A DNA stretch of 64,000 nt from Microcoleus sp. (lineage in GTDB: Bacteria > Cyanobacteriota > Cyanobacteriia > Cyanobacteriales > Microcoleaceae), in assembly GCA_042408215.1 (NCBI GenBank), contig JAYFMW010000030.1, positions 288,001 through 352,000 of the forward strand, read 5' to 3'. This document shows positions 63,494 through 64,000 of this stretch, in pieces. A model generated the notes under the pieces. The model had not been told where the DNA came from and did no database searches. It worked only from the letters and a program-made list of their open reading frames with translations. A program made the position numbers and the translations under genes. Positions within the stretch are counted from its first letter, which is position 1. Each line of letters opens with the position of its first letter.

Positions 63494-64000
63494 ACTGATC
63501 GTCCTCTCGCTTGATGTTGTTTTACCAATCCCTGGATAGCACCCCTTCCTAACTTTAGCAGCAAGCGATCGCACTACCTGACTCAGGAGCGTCCAGAAAG
63601 CACTGCCGGAGATCGATCGCCTCAACTTCAGGTTTACAGTATCAATGCCACTTGATCAAGAGTAGCAAAACTGGGGGGACTGCTACAGTTCACAAAAAAC
63701 CTGGCAATGCTTGACATTACCGGACTTTTTGTGGCTTTTTTCGTACAGGATTGACCCGCACAGGTGAAACTGCAAACACCTCTAAACGGTTGCTGCACCC
63801 CTCAAAGGGTGAGTTTCCGCTTACTTTTCTAATTATATTTAATGCTGCATTCACACTACTCATTGATCCGAGTCCCACGCACTGACCGAAACAACCCGCG
63901 AAAAACTCTCTTACCCTGATAATACTCTTGCTTACCGACAGGCTCTCAATCCCAAAAACTGCACTTACTTGTATAAGATTCTTCTGTAAGTGTTACCTTG

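Overview
Chromosomal segment of a filamentous cyanobacterium, probably Oscillatoriales (Microcoleus/Tychonema-like). This is inferred from dense HIP1 GCGATCGC octamers, heptamer STRR tracts, and psb32, cikA, pex, hik2, ccb1 and hmpF. The backbone is housekeeping and signalling genes (ftsH, mrdA, nanE, nupC, cofH, dapL, ccsA, tilS, GT39/GT2). Several accessory islets interrupt it: (1) a frameshifted C5 methyltransferase beside a decayed two-gene toxin/antitoxin-like module (6.7-8.8 kb); (2) a Dam-type MTase plus PD-(D/E)xK nuclease pair split by a 4x90-bp array (21-23.5 kb); (3) an IS200/IS605 hotspot with two intact tnpB elements whose empty sites and TAMs can be reconstructed, plus a tnpB-less mini-element (25-30.5 kb); (4) the best candidate for an uncharacterised system, a HIP1-poor islet between cofH and dapL encoding a Pepco-like small protein, a caspase-HTH-FGE(CLec) fusion and a convergent TM-DUF4041-GIY-YIG (PD-lambda-1/SNIPE-like) nuclease (44.7-48.8 kb). 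Intergenic DNA is full of nested MITE/REP-like repeats, some inserted in frame inside genes. No rRNA, tRNA, CRISPR array or reverse transcriptase was recognised. All family assignments are from motif recognition by eye, not database searches.
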